Counted from the first letter of the stretch, positions 1 to 14,040 are shown. The stretch: DNA of 64,000 nucleotides from Eledone cirrhosa (GCA_964016885.1 CAXHJY010000228.1:1-64000), one strand, 5' to 3'. A program made the numbers and translations. The notes: generated from the letters alone by a model not told the origin.

Positions 1-995
1 TTTCAGGGGGATCTCCTTGTTAAGTCACCCGTTAAAATCTATGCTAAGTGTCTGGTAAAGAGATGTAGGGAGATTTTTTAGTCAAAGTTAGCTGATAAAC
101 AGTGTGGTTTTTCTCCCCGGACGTAGCACAGCCGACCAAATATTCACACTGCGACAGATATTCGAGAAATCGTGAAAGTATATATGCCAAGAAATATATT
201 TTTGATTTGTCGACCTTCAGAAGGCTTATGACCGCTTTCCTCGGGACCTGCTGTGGAAGGCTTCACAGGAGTATGGGATTGATGGTCAGCTTCTTGTTGT
301 CCTGACGTCTCTGCACGAATGCCCGAATATTTGTGTTTGGATAAATAGTGCTAAATCGAAACTATTCAATGTGGGAGTCGGACTCCGCCAATGGTGCGTT
401 CTGTCACTTCTCCTGGTCGTTATTTACATGAACAGGATTGACATGTGTAGCCGGGTTGTAAGTGGTATCAGGACTGGCGGGTGTAAAATCAGCAAACGAC
501 ATGGTGTTACTTACCTCGATAGATGATGTTGCTCGACTTCCACTTGATAGGTTTGATGTCGAGTGCTGCATTGCTGGAATGAAAATCAGTGCTGCAAAAA
601 CTGACTCTCCTCCTATCAACGAAACTTGCGCAGTGCACTCTACATGTAAATGGATTTCCACTGAAGCAGGTAGAGAAGATCAAGTATCTCGGGGCTGTGT
701 CGACGTGCAGGAGCTTGTGCAGGAGCTTGTGCAGGAGCTTGTGCAGTAATACGCCAGCTTCAGCAGTCAGTAACCAGAAGAAGGCATAAAAGCCAAACTA
801 GCTATCTTCAATTCGGTTTTCGTGCCAAGCCTTACCTATGGCCATGAATATTGAGTAATGACTGAAAGAATACAATCGTAAATACAAGCGACTGAAATTA
901 GGATTCCTCCGAAGGGTCTTTGGAGTAACGTCACTCGATAAAGTGCGTAGCTCCGAATTGAGGGATCACAGCCTCAATACTTTGGGCATGTGGTT
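1..995 (+). mobile_element. Degenerate RTE-clade LINE, reverse transcriptase region (runs off the window start)
   Basis: Manual translation across stops and frameshifts gives FRGISLLS, QCGFLPGRSTADQIFTLRQIFEK, FVDLQKAYDR, VGVGLRQWCVLS, ANDMVLL, GMKISAAKT, LKQVEKIKYLG and YFGHVV, the ordered RT motifs of RTE elements. Confidence 0.9.
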
Positions 996-1759
996 ATATA
1001 TATATATATACATGGTTGGTTCCTCGACCGATAACGTCGTAAGAATGTCCAACAGCCTTTGTTTAATCAGTTAGTGAAGGTGTATGTTAGATGTGACACT
1101 AAAATCCCACGAAAGATTTGAAATGAAGGCCAGAGAGAGAGAGCATGTGTATGGGTTAGGAAACAAGGGGAAGTATTTAGTCCTCGCTTTTTCCTCCCTT
1201 ACCTGATTCGAGAGTTTTAATACCACTAAAGCAATACGCTCTCCATTACTTTGAGTCCAAAAAAAGCCACCAACTCAAATGTTCAGCTTGTCCATATGTT
1301 TAAGCCATAAGCTTCTTACAGATTTATGTGTGCGATAGGGAATTTGAGACTCGAATAGTTCTCAGGGTGGTGAGAACAACAGCTTTGTAGAGTTTAATTT
1401 TCGTTTCCAACTTTATGCAAACAGAAGATCACAATTGATGCTAGAAAACGACCTGGTTACTTTACAATAAATAGGGTGACAGTTCTACAGTCCAGTCAAA
1501 ATATTTGTAAAGTTTTATTGGCCGTGATAACATCATTATCTCCCCTTATAAAGTATGCGGTTTGTGTTTGGATCCATATCTCCTGGTGAGATGGAAGCGG
1601 TGCAGTAGTGACATACGTCATTTTGAGTGGCATTTTAAATATTGCGCAGCCTATCCCTCGCCAGTTCTGAACACAACCACAACTTTCAGAGAAGGGAAGT
1701 TATGGGTAATGGAGAGAAAACGATAAAAAGATGTGGTGAAAGTAAACTGAACTACTACC

Positions 1760-2187
1760 TTTGTTATCGGCCCCGAAAGAATGAAAGACAAAGTTGAACT
1801 CAGAGCCGGAACGAATATTGCAAAGCATTGCAATCGACTGTGCCAATTCGTACAAACGACTCTGACAATTCGTACAATCGACTCTGACAATTCGTACAAA
1901 CGACTCTGCCAATTCGTACAAACGACTCTGCCAATTCGTACAAACGACTCTGCCAATTCGTACAAACGACTCTGACAATTCGTACAATCGACTCTGCCAA
2001 TTTGTACAAACGACTCTGAAAATTCGTACAAACGACTCTGACAATTCGTACAAACGACTCTGACAATTCGTACAAACGAGTCTGCCAATTCGTACAAACG
2101 ACTCTGACAATTCGTACAAACGAGTCTGCCAATTCGTACAAACGACTCTGACAATTCGTACAAACGACTCTGACAATTCACCGCCTT
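1760..2187 (-). mobile_element. Old tRNA-derived SINE (family A) whose head contains a 22-bp minisatellite
   Basis: ttatcggccccgaaagaatgaaagacaaagttgaactcag and the terminal caattcaccgcct match the reverse complement of SINE family A. Confidence 0.7.
1835..2180. repeat. 22-bp minisatellite (cgactctgacaattcgtacaaa), about 15 units
   Basis: Directly visible tandem units; source of the spurious ORFs 1651-2262 and 1700-2230. Confidence 0.95.
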
Positions 2188-2397
2188 CATAAGGCATGAG
2201 AATGTTAGAATACCTTTGTAACCAGTACAACCACGTTTATGTTTAGCATTCATTATAAACACCCCCTGATGAGATTCTTACTATTTATATTTTTGGTTTT
2301 GTTCTTTTTTAGTCATAAAAATAGAATTGCATTGTAGTGTTGGTCTATGTTTAATGCTTCGGAGTGATGTGATAAAGGATAAAGTGAACGTTCGTAA

Positions 2398-2486
2398 TTA
2401 TATATAGATATATATATGCGTGTGTGCGCGTGCGTGTGTGTGTATGTATATATATACATATATATATATATACATATATATATGTA

Positions 2487-2526
<40 letters not shown>

Positions 2527-2576
2527 CATACATACATATATATATTTAAATATATATATATATATATATGTATGTA

Positions 2577-2643
<67 letters not shown>

Positions 2644-2879
2644 CCCTAAAATAGCACTCACCATATGAGTGTAATCAAGTAATGATATATATTTTTTTGT
2701 TATATGCATGTATGAGTGTGCGCGCATGTGTGAGTGTGTTTACATATACATATATGTGTGTATGTATAAACATATATAAATTACACATTCACATGCACAC
2801 ACACACATACATACAAACACACATATATATATATATATATATACATATATATGTTTATATATATATATATATACATCTA

Positions 2880-2934
<55 letters not shown>

Positions 2935-2958
2935 TACATATATATGTATATATTTATG

Positions 2959-3056
<98 letters not shown>

Positions 3057-3062
3057 TATATA
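2398..3062. repeat. (TA)n/(TG)n/(CA)n microsatellite cluster
   Basis: Visible dinucleotide runs. Confidence 0.95.
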
Positions 3063-3309
3063 ATATGTCTCGCGCAGATAAATATAAACACAAATAGACA
3101 GAAGCCAAAATCCAATGAACGAAGTCATACGCCCTTTGAAGTTTCAGATTTCTGTTGGTGTGTAGCGGTCTAACTGTTCTGTTGTTTTCCCTATTATATC
3201 TGGACTGATATCAGATCCCAAACTGTCAACAGACAGTGCGTTCCTCATTCTCTTGACAAAAGCTATAAATCCTTGACTACAGGAATGCGGCTGAACTACG
3301 AAATAACTT

Positions 3310-3319
3310 AAATAAATAA

Positions 3320-3391
<72 letters not shown>

Positions 3392-3430
3392 ATAAATAAA
3401 TAAATAAATAAATAAATAGACAACAACAAC

Positions 3431-3481
<51 letters not shown>
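3310..3481. repeat. Compound (AAAT)n-(AGAT)n-(AAC)n-(AAT)n microsatellite at a SINE tail
   Basis: Visible runs directly adjoining the SINE 3' end at 3483. Confidence 0.9.
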
Positions 3482-3482
<1 letters not shown>

Positions 3483-4010
3483 TTGGTTTCTTATATAGGC
3501 ACAAGGCCTGCAATTTGGGGGAGGGGACAGTCGATCAAATCGGCCCCAGTGCATAACTGGTACTTTATTTTATCGACCTCGAAAGGATGAAAGGCAAAGT
3601 AAACCTCGGCGGGATTTGAACTCAGTCCGTAAAGCGGCGTAACTCTATGCTATAAAGCATTTGTTTCTACTTTCGGCACAAGGCCAGCTATTATACCAGT
3701 GCATTACTGGTACTTTATTTTATCGACCCCGCAAGGATGAAAGGCAAAGTAAACCTCCACGAGAGTTGAACTCAGAACGTAAAGGGCCCTAACTCTTTGC
3801 TGCAAAGCATATTGCTGACGTTCTAATAATAATTGTTTCTACTTTAGGCGCAAGGCCAGCAATTACCCAGTGCATTACTGGTACTTTTATTTTATCGACC
3901 CCGTAAGGATGAAAGGCAAAGTCAACCTCGGCGGGATTTGAACTCAGATCGTTAAGGGACGTAACTATGCTGGAAAGCATGTCCGACCCTCTACCGATAC
4001 TGCCAATTCA
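3483..4010 (-). mobile_element. Three head-to-tail tRNA-derived SINE copies (family A)
   Basis: Units start near 3483, 3661 and 3833. Each has ggcacaaggcc...ctggtactttattttatcgacc...ggatgaaaggcaaagt...gatttgaactcag, which on - reads as B-box GAGTTCAAATCC. Confidence 0.9.
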
Positions 4011-4297
4011 CGGATAATTTTTGAAATTTAAATATTGTCCAATGAATATTTATCAGTTAATCAAAATTGTTTGATTTGCAGTATTTTGGTGAATAAACAA
4101 TTATATTTTCCTTTATTTTATGTATAATAATGTAAGTTTATTTAAAATTAATTTCATAAAAGTACACATAAAAAACACCCTTTAAAGCAATTCCCTATAT
4201 ACAATGTTTCTAGTAAAGGTGATTCCCCTTCTGAAGCGAAGCGTGACACACACGGTCGGACGTACGATACGTAGGTACAAGCGTATTAATATATAGA

Positions 4298-4724
4298 TGG
4301 TTTCTTATATAAGCACAAGGCCAGCAATTTTGGGGGAGGAGAAAGTCGATTAAATCGACCCCAGTGCGTGACTGGTACTTTATTTTATCGACCCCCGTAA
4401 GGATGAAAGGCAAAGTTAACTTCGGCGGGATTTGAACTCAGGTCATAAAGGGCCGTAACTCTCTGCTGCAAAGCATAGCGTCCGACCCTCTACCGATACT
4501 GCCAATCCATAATAATAATGGTTTCTGATTTAGGCACAAGGCCAACAATTTTAGGGGAGGGGAAAGTCGATTAAATTAACCCCAGTGCATTACTGGTGCT
4601 TTATTTATTGACTCCATAAGGATGAAAGGCAAAGCTAACCTCAGCGAGATTTGAACTCAGGACGTAAAGGGTCATAACTCTATGCTGCAAAGCATGGTGT
4701 CGGACGCTCTACCGATAGTGCCAA
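4298..4724 (-). mobile_element. Two tandem SINE family A copies (long subtype)
   Basis: Same consensus including the gtcgattaaatcgac segment; on - the A-box TGGCAGTATCGGT and the B-box are present. Confidence 0.9.
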
Positions 4725-5065
4725 ATGATTTCTTTACTAGCCACATAGGGCTCACATTAAGAAAACATTAACAACAGTACAGGACGATACAGTGTGGGTT
4801 TTTCTTTGTGTAAAATAAGATTTATAAAAGAGACTAAGAAAATAAATATTTAAAACAAACATAACAACTTCCCCAAAGGTGAGGAGACTCTAAGGGTCAC
4901 TCCTGTAGAAATCCCACAAAAAACCACGGTCACTCTGTCCACTAGGGCAAAGTGCCCTCTCTCAGTTTTTCTACTCCAATCTACAGGTGTGTGCTCAAGG
5001 CAGGCCCACTCACACGGACCATCCTTACCACTCTCTCTCTCTCTCACCTTTCAACAAACTGGTTG
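4725..5065 (-). mobile_element. Possible LINE 3' end (L1/Tx1-like ORF2 tail and 3' UTR)
   Basis: Minus strand reads VVRMVRVSGPALSTHL* followed by a UTR ending tgtggctagtaaagaaat; a related tail occurs at 5090-5160. Family assignment is from recall only. Confidence 0.4.
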
Positions 5066-5372
5066 GAAGGCAGCACTTCCCTCAATAATGATTTCATTTA
5101 TTGGCCACAAGGGCCGACATGTGGAGGACAATACAAAGACAGGGACAGTGGGGGGGGGGTACAATAAAATTGAGTGAAAACATACAATAACAAAAACAAT
5201 TTAACAATGAAAAAATATAGAAATAAAGTATATATATATATAAAAATAATAATAAAAGTGACAAAAAACAATCTTCCTGCATAGACAGGAAATTATATTT
5301 CAATTAGGAGAGAAATCCACTTTACATTTAAAAATATAAAACACGCGCATGTACGTAACCACACAAACACAC

Positions 5373-5547
5373 TTCTCTCTCTCTCTTGATCTCTTGATCT
5401 CTCTCTCTCTTGATCTCCCTCTTTCTCTCTCCCTCTTTCTCTCTCCCTCTTTCTCTCTCTCTCTCTTTCTCTCTCTTGATCTCTCTCTCTTGATCTCTCT
5501 CTCTTGATCTCCCTCTTTCTCTCTCTCCCTCTTTCTCTCTCCCTCTT

Positions 5548-5587
<40 letters not shown>

Positions 5588-5611
5588 GATCTTTCTCTCG
5601 CTCTCTCTCGC

Positions 5612-5652
<41 letters not shown>

Positions 5653-5854
5653 GTGTGTGTCTGTCCGTCTGTATGTATGCATGTATGTGTGCGTGTGTGT
5701 GTGTCTGTATGTGCATGTGTGCATGTGTGTATGTGCGTGTGTGTGTGTGTGTATGTGTGTATGTGTGTGTCTGTATGTGCATGTGTGTATGTGCGTGTGT
5801 GTATGTATGTGTGCGTGTGTGTCTGTATGTGCATGTGTGCATGTGTGTATGTGC

Positions 5855-5885
<31 letters not shown>

Positions 5886-5914
5886 TGTCTGTATGTGCAT
5901 GTGTGTATGTGTGT

Positions 5915-5950
<36 letters not shown>
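5373..5950. repeat. Compound (CT)n / (TA)n / (TG)n low-complexity array
   Basis: Visible repeats. Confidence 0.95.
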
Positions 5951-6029
5951 AGTGTAAAAATATGCAACAAAATAAAACTGTTAGTATTTCAGGTAGACAC
6001 GAAGATATTCAATTCTCTGTTAGGTATAG

Positions 6030-6245
6030 TATTTCTAATTTAAGCACAAGGCCACTGATTTGTGACGGGTGGAAGCCGATTATATCTACCCCAGTACTTT
6101 ACTGGTACTTTATTTTAGCGATCACAGAAGGATGAAGAGAAAAGTTGACCTCAGCAGGATTTGAACTCAGAACGTAAAGGGCTGTAACTATTTAACGCAT
6201 AGCATTTTGTCCGTCGTTCTAACGATTTTGCCAGCCCGCTGCCCC
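6030..6245 (-). mobile_element. Diverged SINE family A copy
   Basis: gcacaaggcc...ctggtactttatttt...ggatgaa...gatttgaactcagaacgtaaagg. Confidence 0.8.
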
Positions 6246-6499
6246 TGTTAGATAGATGTAATAAAGGGTTTCTATAAATTAAACTTCCATTTTGAAAAAT
6301 TCAGAAAAGATGAAAAATGAGAAATTCTACAGGGTTTATAAGAAAATCTTTATTAAAAACCTCAGAACACTTCAATGTGGGCTCAGATGATTGTATTCAA
6401 CACATCTAGACGATGCTCAATTTCTGAATATGGGCGTTGGAGCATCCTCATATTGCTGACTTTGTGCCCAAATAAAACAAAATCATTATATAGGAGTGG

Positions 6500-6690
6500 A
6501 GGGGTGGTGAGATTGGCAGAATCATTAGAATGTCGAGTGAAATGCTGCGCAGCACTTGTTTTGGGTCTTTACCGTCTGAATTCAAATCCCACCGAGGTCA
6601 ACTTCCGAGATAAAATGCTGGGGGTCGATTGAATTGACTTTTTCATTCGCGCAAAATTGCTAGTCTTGTGCTTAAATCAGAATCCATTAT
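6500..6690 (+). mobile_element. Diverged SINE family A copy
   Basis: ggtgagattggcagaatc (A-box), ctgaattcaaatcccaccgaggtcaac (B-box) and the aaattgctagtcttgtgc tail. Confidence 0.75.
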
Positions 6691-7476
6691 ATGTGGGTGG
6701 AAAATCCAATTCTTCTGACCGGCCTATTCACTTTTCTTTTTGATGTCATCGTTTTCCCATCTGATGACATCCTCAATATAAACGATAAAAAGAAAAGTAC
6801 GAGAAAAATAAAATACAGTGAATTAATTAATCAAACAAAATAAAGTAAAATCGTATTAAAAGATGAAAGTGTAGACTATCTAGTTATCAATGGCCAATGA
6901 AACTGAGGAATAAAACACCCATATTTCTTAACAAAACATTTGTTAGAAAATTTGCACTGTACTGATTAGCTGTCAAATCTAATGACAGCCAACAGACAAG
7001 TAAAAAACTAAATCTTTTGGTAGTCTTTATTTACTTATTTTTTCTGTTTCTTCCCCTTCCGCTAACACCCATTCACTATATTATCATTATTATTATTATT
7101 ATTATTACTACTACTACTACTTCGGCCTGGGTACCAAGCTATTTTACCACTGTGTAAAGTTCTCTTTGAAATTATTGTTGATTTTGCCGACTTTTTGCTG
7201 TGGTTTCTTTTCTATTGTTCATAATTTTGTCGCAAATGCAAAAAGAGGGTCAGTTTGCTCCTCTTGTTAAATGAAATGTTATTTTGGAATTTTCACAGGA
7301 AAAACAATAATAATATATAAATAGTCGCCATCATAGTAGCAAGTAAAAGTAGAGAGGTGTTAGCATGGATGGAATAAAACGCGAGTAACAGTATAATTAC
7401 CACCACCCGACCACCACCATTCCCACTATACCCAGCAGCGCTGAAATTCTGAGTAATATTATCCACAATCGTGTTG

Positions 7477-7692
7477 GTGGATTGTCAGAATTGGTAGCGC
7501 GACGGATAAAATGCCATTGCGGTAATTGTTCTGGCTCTTTATAGTCTGAGCTCTTTTCATCCCGTCCAGATCAACTTTGTCTTTCAATTTTCTGGCTTCG
7601 ATAAAATAAAGTACCAGTGAAGTACTGGAGTTGATTTAATTAACTTTGCCCTTCCCAAATATTTGCTAGCCATATGCCTAAATTAGAAACCC
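7477..7692 (+). mobile_element. Diverged SINE family A copy
   Basis: ggtggattgtcagaattggtag...ctttgtctttcaa...tcgataaaataaagtaccagt...tgcctaaattagaaac. Confidence 0.75.
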
Positions 7693-8201
7693 ACAGCCGG
7701 TTGAGGGTGACAACAAGTTTGTCACTAAAAAAGTGACAATAATACCATCACCTACATCGTCTCTTTACCTCCACCATCATCGTATCTCTACCACTACCAA
7801 CTTTGCCTTCTCACCCCCACCACCAATATCGTTTTTCTAGTCTCACCAATACCTGCAATAACCCCGTCTCATGAGCCAAAGCCATAACCACACACAAATG
7901 ACTTACTATCGCGGCCATTGCTACAAACAATAACAGCAACAAAAATACACATTTATAATAGTCGTATATTTACATCATATCGTGTGATAATACTATATTG
8001 ATATTCTATATAGTAACATAAAAAAATAGTATAGCATATTAAATTATGCTGTACTGTTTTTATGATATACACTATGATAAAATGATAGCCCAATAAAATA
8101 GTAATATACAATAAGTAAGGTAAATGTAGTTCCGCTTCAAATAGCATCGATAAAACTGTTACATTTAACCACCTACTTGCTGCTAATTCTAACCACACAC
8201 A

Positions 8202-8780
<579 letters not shown>

Positions 8781-9239
8781 CTACCATCAAATAACAAAAT
8801 CATCCGGTAGGGTCAGGCCCGTCTACAGGCTTTGGTGCCCAGGGATGAGGGGTTCAGGGAGTCAGAACATTTTGGGTGGGCCCTCTTTTGCAAGGAACAT
8901 ATTTCAGTATTTTTTTATAAACTCTATTTTCTAAATCTAAGAGTACACCATTGAAAAGTAAGGGCCATTGCCACCAAGTGCCTCTCTCCCATCCTGGGTG
9001 ACGGACCCGAGTTGAGTCACTCATCAAACTGAACAGATTTTAACCCCACCACAATTTACAAAAGATCATCAATGGAGACGTAAATCCCATTAATTTGTCC
9101 AATTGATCATAATCGATAAATTGTACCAATTACCTTTCAAACATTAATATTGGCGGATAATTTAAGAAATTATTGGCTTATTTTCATGAAACAACCTGAC
9201 TTCCTTTTATTATCCTTTTTATAAAACATATTTTACATC

Positions 9240-9540
9240 AACATCATCATCATCATCATCATCATCACCATGTGGCCTCAGCCGAAATAAACTCAATGAT
9301 AGATTTCCAAGTAGGTCTGTCACTCAATGCATTGCCAAGATCCTAAACATCAATTCCAGAGTCTCTGGCTACGACATCTGGATAGGAAAGCTTGTGACCT
9401 CTTTGGTTTTTGACAGATGTTGATTTCCAAAACACCAAATGAGACACAGCTTCATTGGGGTCGTGGTATCAATGGACTGCAAATCTCACCCTCTTCTTTC
9501 CCACAATATCAGATTATACGAAGGAAAATATATTTTACAC
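9240..9540 (-). mobile_element. RTE-type LINE 3' fragment with (GAT)n tail
   Basis: Minus translation KRVRFAVH*YHDPNEAVSHLVFWK...RGHKLSYPDVVARDSGI..DLGNALSDRPTW, followed by (TGA)n. Confidence 0.75.
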
Positions 9541-9709
9541 TTACCCGTAATTGTTTCAAATGCAAATACATTTACTAAAACTACTAATATCTATCGAGTA
9601 CATGATTGAATGAAATGATATACATACAGACATATACACTCATACATACAAACACCGCTAACACATACACACATATACATCTACACACAGAACCACCTAC
9701 TGTACACAT

Positions 9710-9791
<82 letters not shown>

Positions 9792-9863
9792 GACAACAGA
9801 TCAATGCAAACATTTAGCGTTTGCATGCATCTATCAAGACATTCTTCAACTGCAATTTAAGAA

Positions 9864-10428
9864 AATACCACACGTAATACCACACGTTATACCACATGTA
9901 ATACCACATGTAATATCACATGCATTACCACATGTAATACACCACGTAATACCACACGTAATACCACACGTAATACCACATGTAATACCTCACGTAATAC
10001 AACATGTAATACCACATATAATACCCCATGTAATACCCCATGTAATACCACACGTATTACCACATGTAATAGCACACGTAATACCACATGTAATACCACA
10101 CGTAATACCACAAGTAACACCACATGTATTACCACATGTAATACCACACGTAATACCACATGTAATAACACACGTAATAACACACGTAATACCACACGTA
10201 ATACCACATGTAATACCACACGTAATACCCCATGTATTACCACACGTAATACCACACGTAATACCACATGTAATATCACACGTAATACCACATGTATTAC
10301 CACACGTGATACCACACGTAATACCACATGTAATATCACACGTAATACCACATGTATTACCACACGTGATACCACACGTATTACCACACGTAATACTACA
10401 TGTAATACCACATGTAATACCACATGTA
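9864..10428. repeat. 12-bp minisatellite (gtaataccacac/gtaataccacat)
   Basis: Visible tandem units; source of the VVLHVVLR and CGIT ORFs. Confidence 0.95.
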
Positions 10429-10600
10429 AATATAATGCGTATATGTGTGTTTGAGCATACAAGCAAAAACAATGTGAGTGTTTATATATATGTGTGTGTG
10501 CGTGTATGTATACATGTGTGTGTGTATGTGTATACATGTGTGTGCGTGTATGTGTGTGTGTATGTGTGTGTGCATGTGTGTGTGCATGTGTGTGTGTATG

Positions 10601-10687
<87 letters not shown>

Positions 10688-11441
10688 CATATTTACAATG
10701 GAATATAAAAGATGATGTCGTATTGCCAGATAAGAAACGTAAAAAGTAAAAGCAATGGAAAGAGAAAATATAAAGAAAGGAAGTGATACGAGTAGATTTT
10801 GTTGAGAGAGCAAACAGGAACCCTGTGTTTGTTCCATTAGTGTCAGCCATTACTGAGACCATTTCAGTGTATAGTGTTATATAGAAACCGACTAGACAAA
10901 CTACTGGATATGGAGGACAATACTGTGGGGAGAGGAGGGAGGGGGGGGATAAAGTTTAAGTCATGAAGAAAGGTGAGGAGGGGAAGAGGGCCAAGAGGAA
11001 AGGGGAGGAAGTGAAAGGACAATTAATGATGAAGGAATAAAGAGAATGAGAAAGATGAAGTAAATATAAAGGTAGAAGAAATATGGGGTAAATATGAGAG
11101 AAAATAGATTGGGATAGGAAGCTAGGGAGGTGGAGGAGAAACAAATATACAATACAGGCTATACAGAAAACATAGACAAGATATGAAACAACACGTAAAT
11201 GTGATGTCTATGTTGTTGTTGTTGTCATCGTCGCCGTTGTGTTTCTTGTTGTTTAGCCCTTGGTCATTCTCTGATTGGGCAGACCTATAACTAAATGCAT
11301 TCTCGCCGTGATTCATTCCGTACTTTAATCAGGCATAATCTATCTTAGGCTACATTGCCCAATGTGTCCTTCCATTTTCTTCTATGACAGTAGAGTGAAA
11401 TTTGGAATTCTGTTCCCAGCAGATTCAATGACCATCTAGAA

Positions 11442-11985
11442 CAGAAGTTCTCAAAATGGGCGCAACTGACCCCCCCCCCCCCCTTGGGGGTTGAGAGGGT
11501 CCAGGGAAGCGCTGGGGCCTAAGAGGGCGGTAGAGATGATATAATAGTATATTAAATATCAAATGATACATATATATTATATAGTGAAATGAAAAATATA
11601 TTTATTTATACATAATATATATTATATTATTGGATTGGCAGTATCGGTAGAGGGTCGGACGCCATGCTTTGACGCATAGAGTTACGGCCCTTGCCATTCT
11701 GAGTTCAAATCCCGCCGAGGTTAACTTTGCCTTTGTGTGTGTGACTGAGTGAGTGTTTCGGGGTCGATAAAATAAAGTACCAGTAATGCACTGGGTAATT
11801 GCTGGCCTTGTGCCAAAAGTAGAAACAATTATTTATTATATATAAATTAACGATTTTATTTATTGTATATTATTTACAATTTGCGTGTAGATAGGTCTCT
11901 CTGGAAATAGGGGTGGGGACGCTGAGGGTATTACGTGGCCGTGACAGGGAGGGGGTCAGTGGCCCAAATATTTTGAGAACCTCTG
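11442..11985. mobile_element. hAT (Charlie-like) MITE carrying a nested SINE
   Basis: TIRs cagaagttctcaaaat / attttgagaacctctg; 8-bp TSD atctagaa / atgtagaa; homologous to 49242-49576. Confidence 0.85.
11631..11830 (+). mobile_element. SINE family A (short subtype) inserted in the MITE
   Basis: ggattggcagtatcggtagagggtcggacgcc...gagttcaaatcccgccgagg...gtagaaacaatt; absent from the second MITE copy. Confidence 0.9.
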
Positions 11986-12097
11986 ATGTAGAAGTTTCCT
12001 TGTTTGCTGCTCAATATTTCTGTGCTTTACTATAAAAACAAAACAAAAGATGAACAAAATATCATGTACTATCGTTTTAGAGCCGTTTTAACCGGTG

Positions 12098-12215
12098 TTA
12101 GTATATTTGCGGTGCCGGTTTAGTATATTTGCGGTGCCGGTTTAGTATATTTGCGGTGTTAGTATATTTGCGGTGCCGCTTTAGTATATTTGCGGTGTTA
12201 GTATATTTGCGGTGT
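12098..12215. repeat. Short minisatellite ttagtatatttgcggtg(ccggt), 17/22-bp units
   Basis: About 6 visible units. Confidence 0.9.
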
Positions 12216-12526
12216 GTTAACAAGTTAATAAGTATGCATATATAGACCCGTAATTCTTGATGGATCGTTGGGACGAGGTAGTGACAGCTTATCCTTTTCC
12301 AGGGGTGTGAACACAGCTGATTTCTACCCAGAGAAAGAGAGGGAATGAGAATGAAAGTGAGAGAAGGAAGGAGAAAGTGAAAAAGAGAGAAATATAGATG
12401 AAGGATCTACCCAGTACGGGACTGGTACTGTTTTAGCGTGACAGAACGAGTTACTGTACTTTACATCTCCTAGACTGCCAAGAAGGATCAAGTTTTTCGT
12501 CTTCTGTCGTTTCACTGAGTAGGTCA

Positions 12527-12825
12527 GTTACATGAAGATTATGATGTGACTGTTACATGAAGATTATGATGTGACTGTTACATGGAGATTACGATGTGAT
12601 TCTGTTACATGGAGATTATGATGTGATTCTATTACATGGAGATTATGATGTGACTGTTACATGGAGATTATGATGTGACTGTTACATGGAGATTATGATG
12701 TGACTGTTACATGGAGATTATGATGTGACTGTTACATGGAGATTATTATGTGACTCTGTTACATGAAGATTATGATGTGACTCTGTTACATGGAGATTAC
12801 GAGGTGACTCTGTTACATGGAGGTT
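12527..12825. repeat. 25/27-bp minisatellite gttacatggagattatgatgtgact(ct)
   Basis: 11 full units (six of 25 bp, five of 27 bp) plus a partial unit. Confidence 0.95.
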
Positions 12826-13749
12826 AGGAAGAGAAACGATTCTATATACATGAAATGTAATAATGTAGATGTATGAAAAGAGGAACAAAACTCCATCTCA
12901 TATAAATTCACTGCTAGGGTATGCTTGTATATTCAATCAATAACCAAATTCAGACCCTTTCATTCACATACATTTGTACCCAAATTTTTATATACTTAAT
13001 TTTCAAAAGTTTTAGTCCGGAGTGCATGAGTTTATTGGTGTCTCATAACTAACTATAAGATAAAAGACAGTGACTTCATGACAACTCTTAAGTAATCGAC
13101 CCGTTACTTTCAATCAATTGATATTCTAATGATATTCCAGAATCGGTCTTCGGCAGCTGAAGCGACAACAGTGATGAAATTTAACATATAACTTCAAATT
13201 TGTACTCTGTAAACTTAATTTCCATATTTCCCTCTACCCACTGACAAGCAGCCTCTGCTTAACTCTACTTGTGTCCCCCTTAGTGATTCAACCCGATTCA
13301 TACCGTAACATTTAAAACCAGCCCTTCCCTCCTGTAATTATTTCCTATAATTATTTTAATTTTTTAATATATTTATTTTTTTCTTCCAAAACTACAATTA
13401 CGTCCTTTTCTAAGTTATCTTCCAATTCACCATAAATACATAATTAATCCAGCCCTTCCTCCCATCCTTAGTTATCTCCCATCTGAATTATTTCCTTTCA
13501 TTCATAATCAACTTGATTTAATTTTCATTATTTGTGAATTATCACCCTTTCCCCATTTGCTGCTGACTCATTGGCTAATTTTCGCGCCATATATGCCTGA
13601 GCTGGTCCAACAAATGACGTGTATCTCTTTCCACACCATCTGAAATTCTCTGCCATTTTAGATTTTCATCATGATTTTGTTAGGTTTTCGCCACTCAGAC
13701 ACACAGCTCACACACACATACATATACAAACACACGCACACATATACGA

Positions 13750-13863
<114 letters not shown>

Positions 13864-13907
13864 ATATATATATATATAAACATATATATATGCATGCATG
13901 TATATAT

Positions 13908-14038
13908 ATGAAGATTTCATCTGAATGAAACAGTACTAGTCCTGTAGAAGCTCCTTCTATAAAATAAAAAATGTTTACTCTGCCATGTATTGAGTACCTT
14001 ACTTACTGTGGTTATCCCCGACTCAACTCGGGACCTAC

Positions 14039-14040
<2 letters not shown>
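13908..14040 (+). mobile_element. PLE pseudo-LTR fragment in (TA)n with a 5'-clipped hammerhead-like motif
   Basis: TGAAGA-tttc-atct-gaat-GAAA-cag-TA-ctag, then gtattgagtaccttacttactgtggtt; homologous to 62197-62327. Confidence 0.6.

Larger units (their letters stand above)
11245..12010. mobile_element. Old interspersed repeat split by a MITE
   Basis: gttgtttagccc...gcagacctat...gaccatctagaa[MITE]gtttccttg; related uninterrupted pieces at about 18800-19050 and 34690-34830. Confidence 0.55.

Noticed and set aside
2264-2290. cccCTGATGAg hammerhead box (similar box at about 24729)
   Set aside because: No downstream stem II-GAAA-stem III found
9887-10837. 316-aa VVLH-repeat ORF
   Set aside because: Product of the 12-bp minisatellite plus (CA)n
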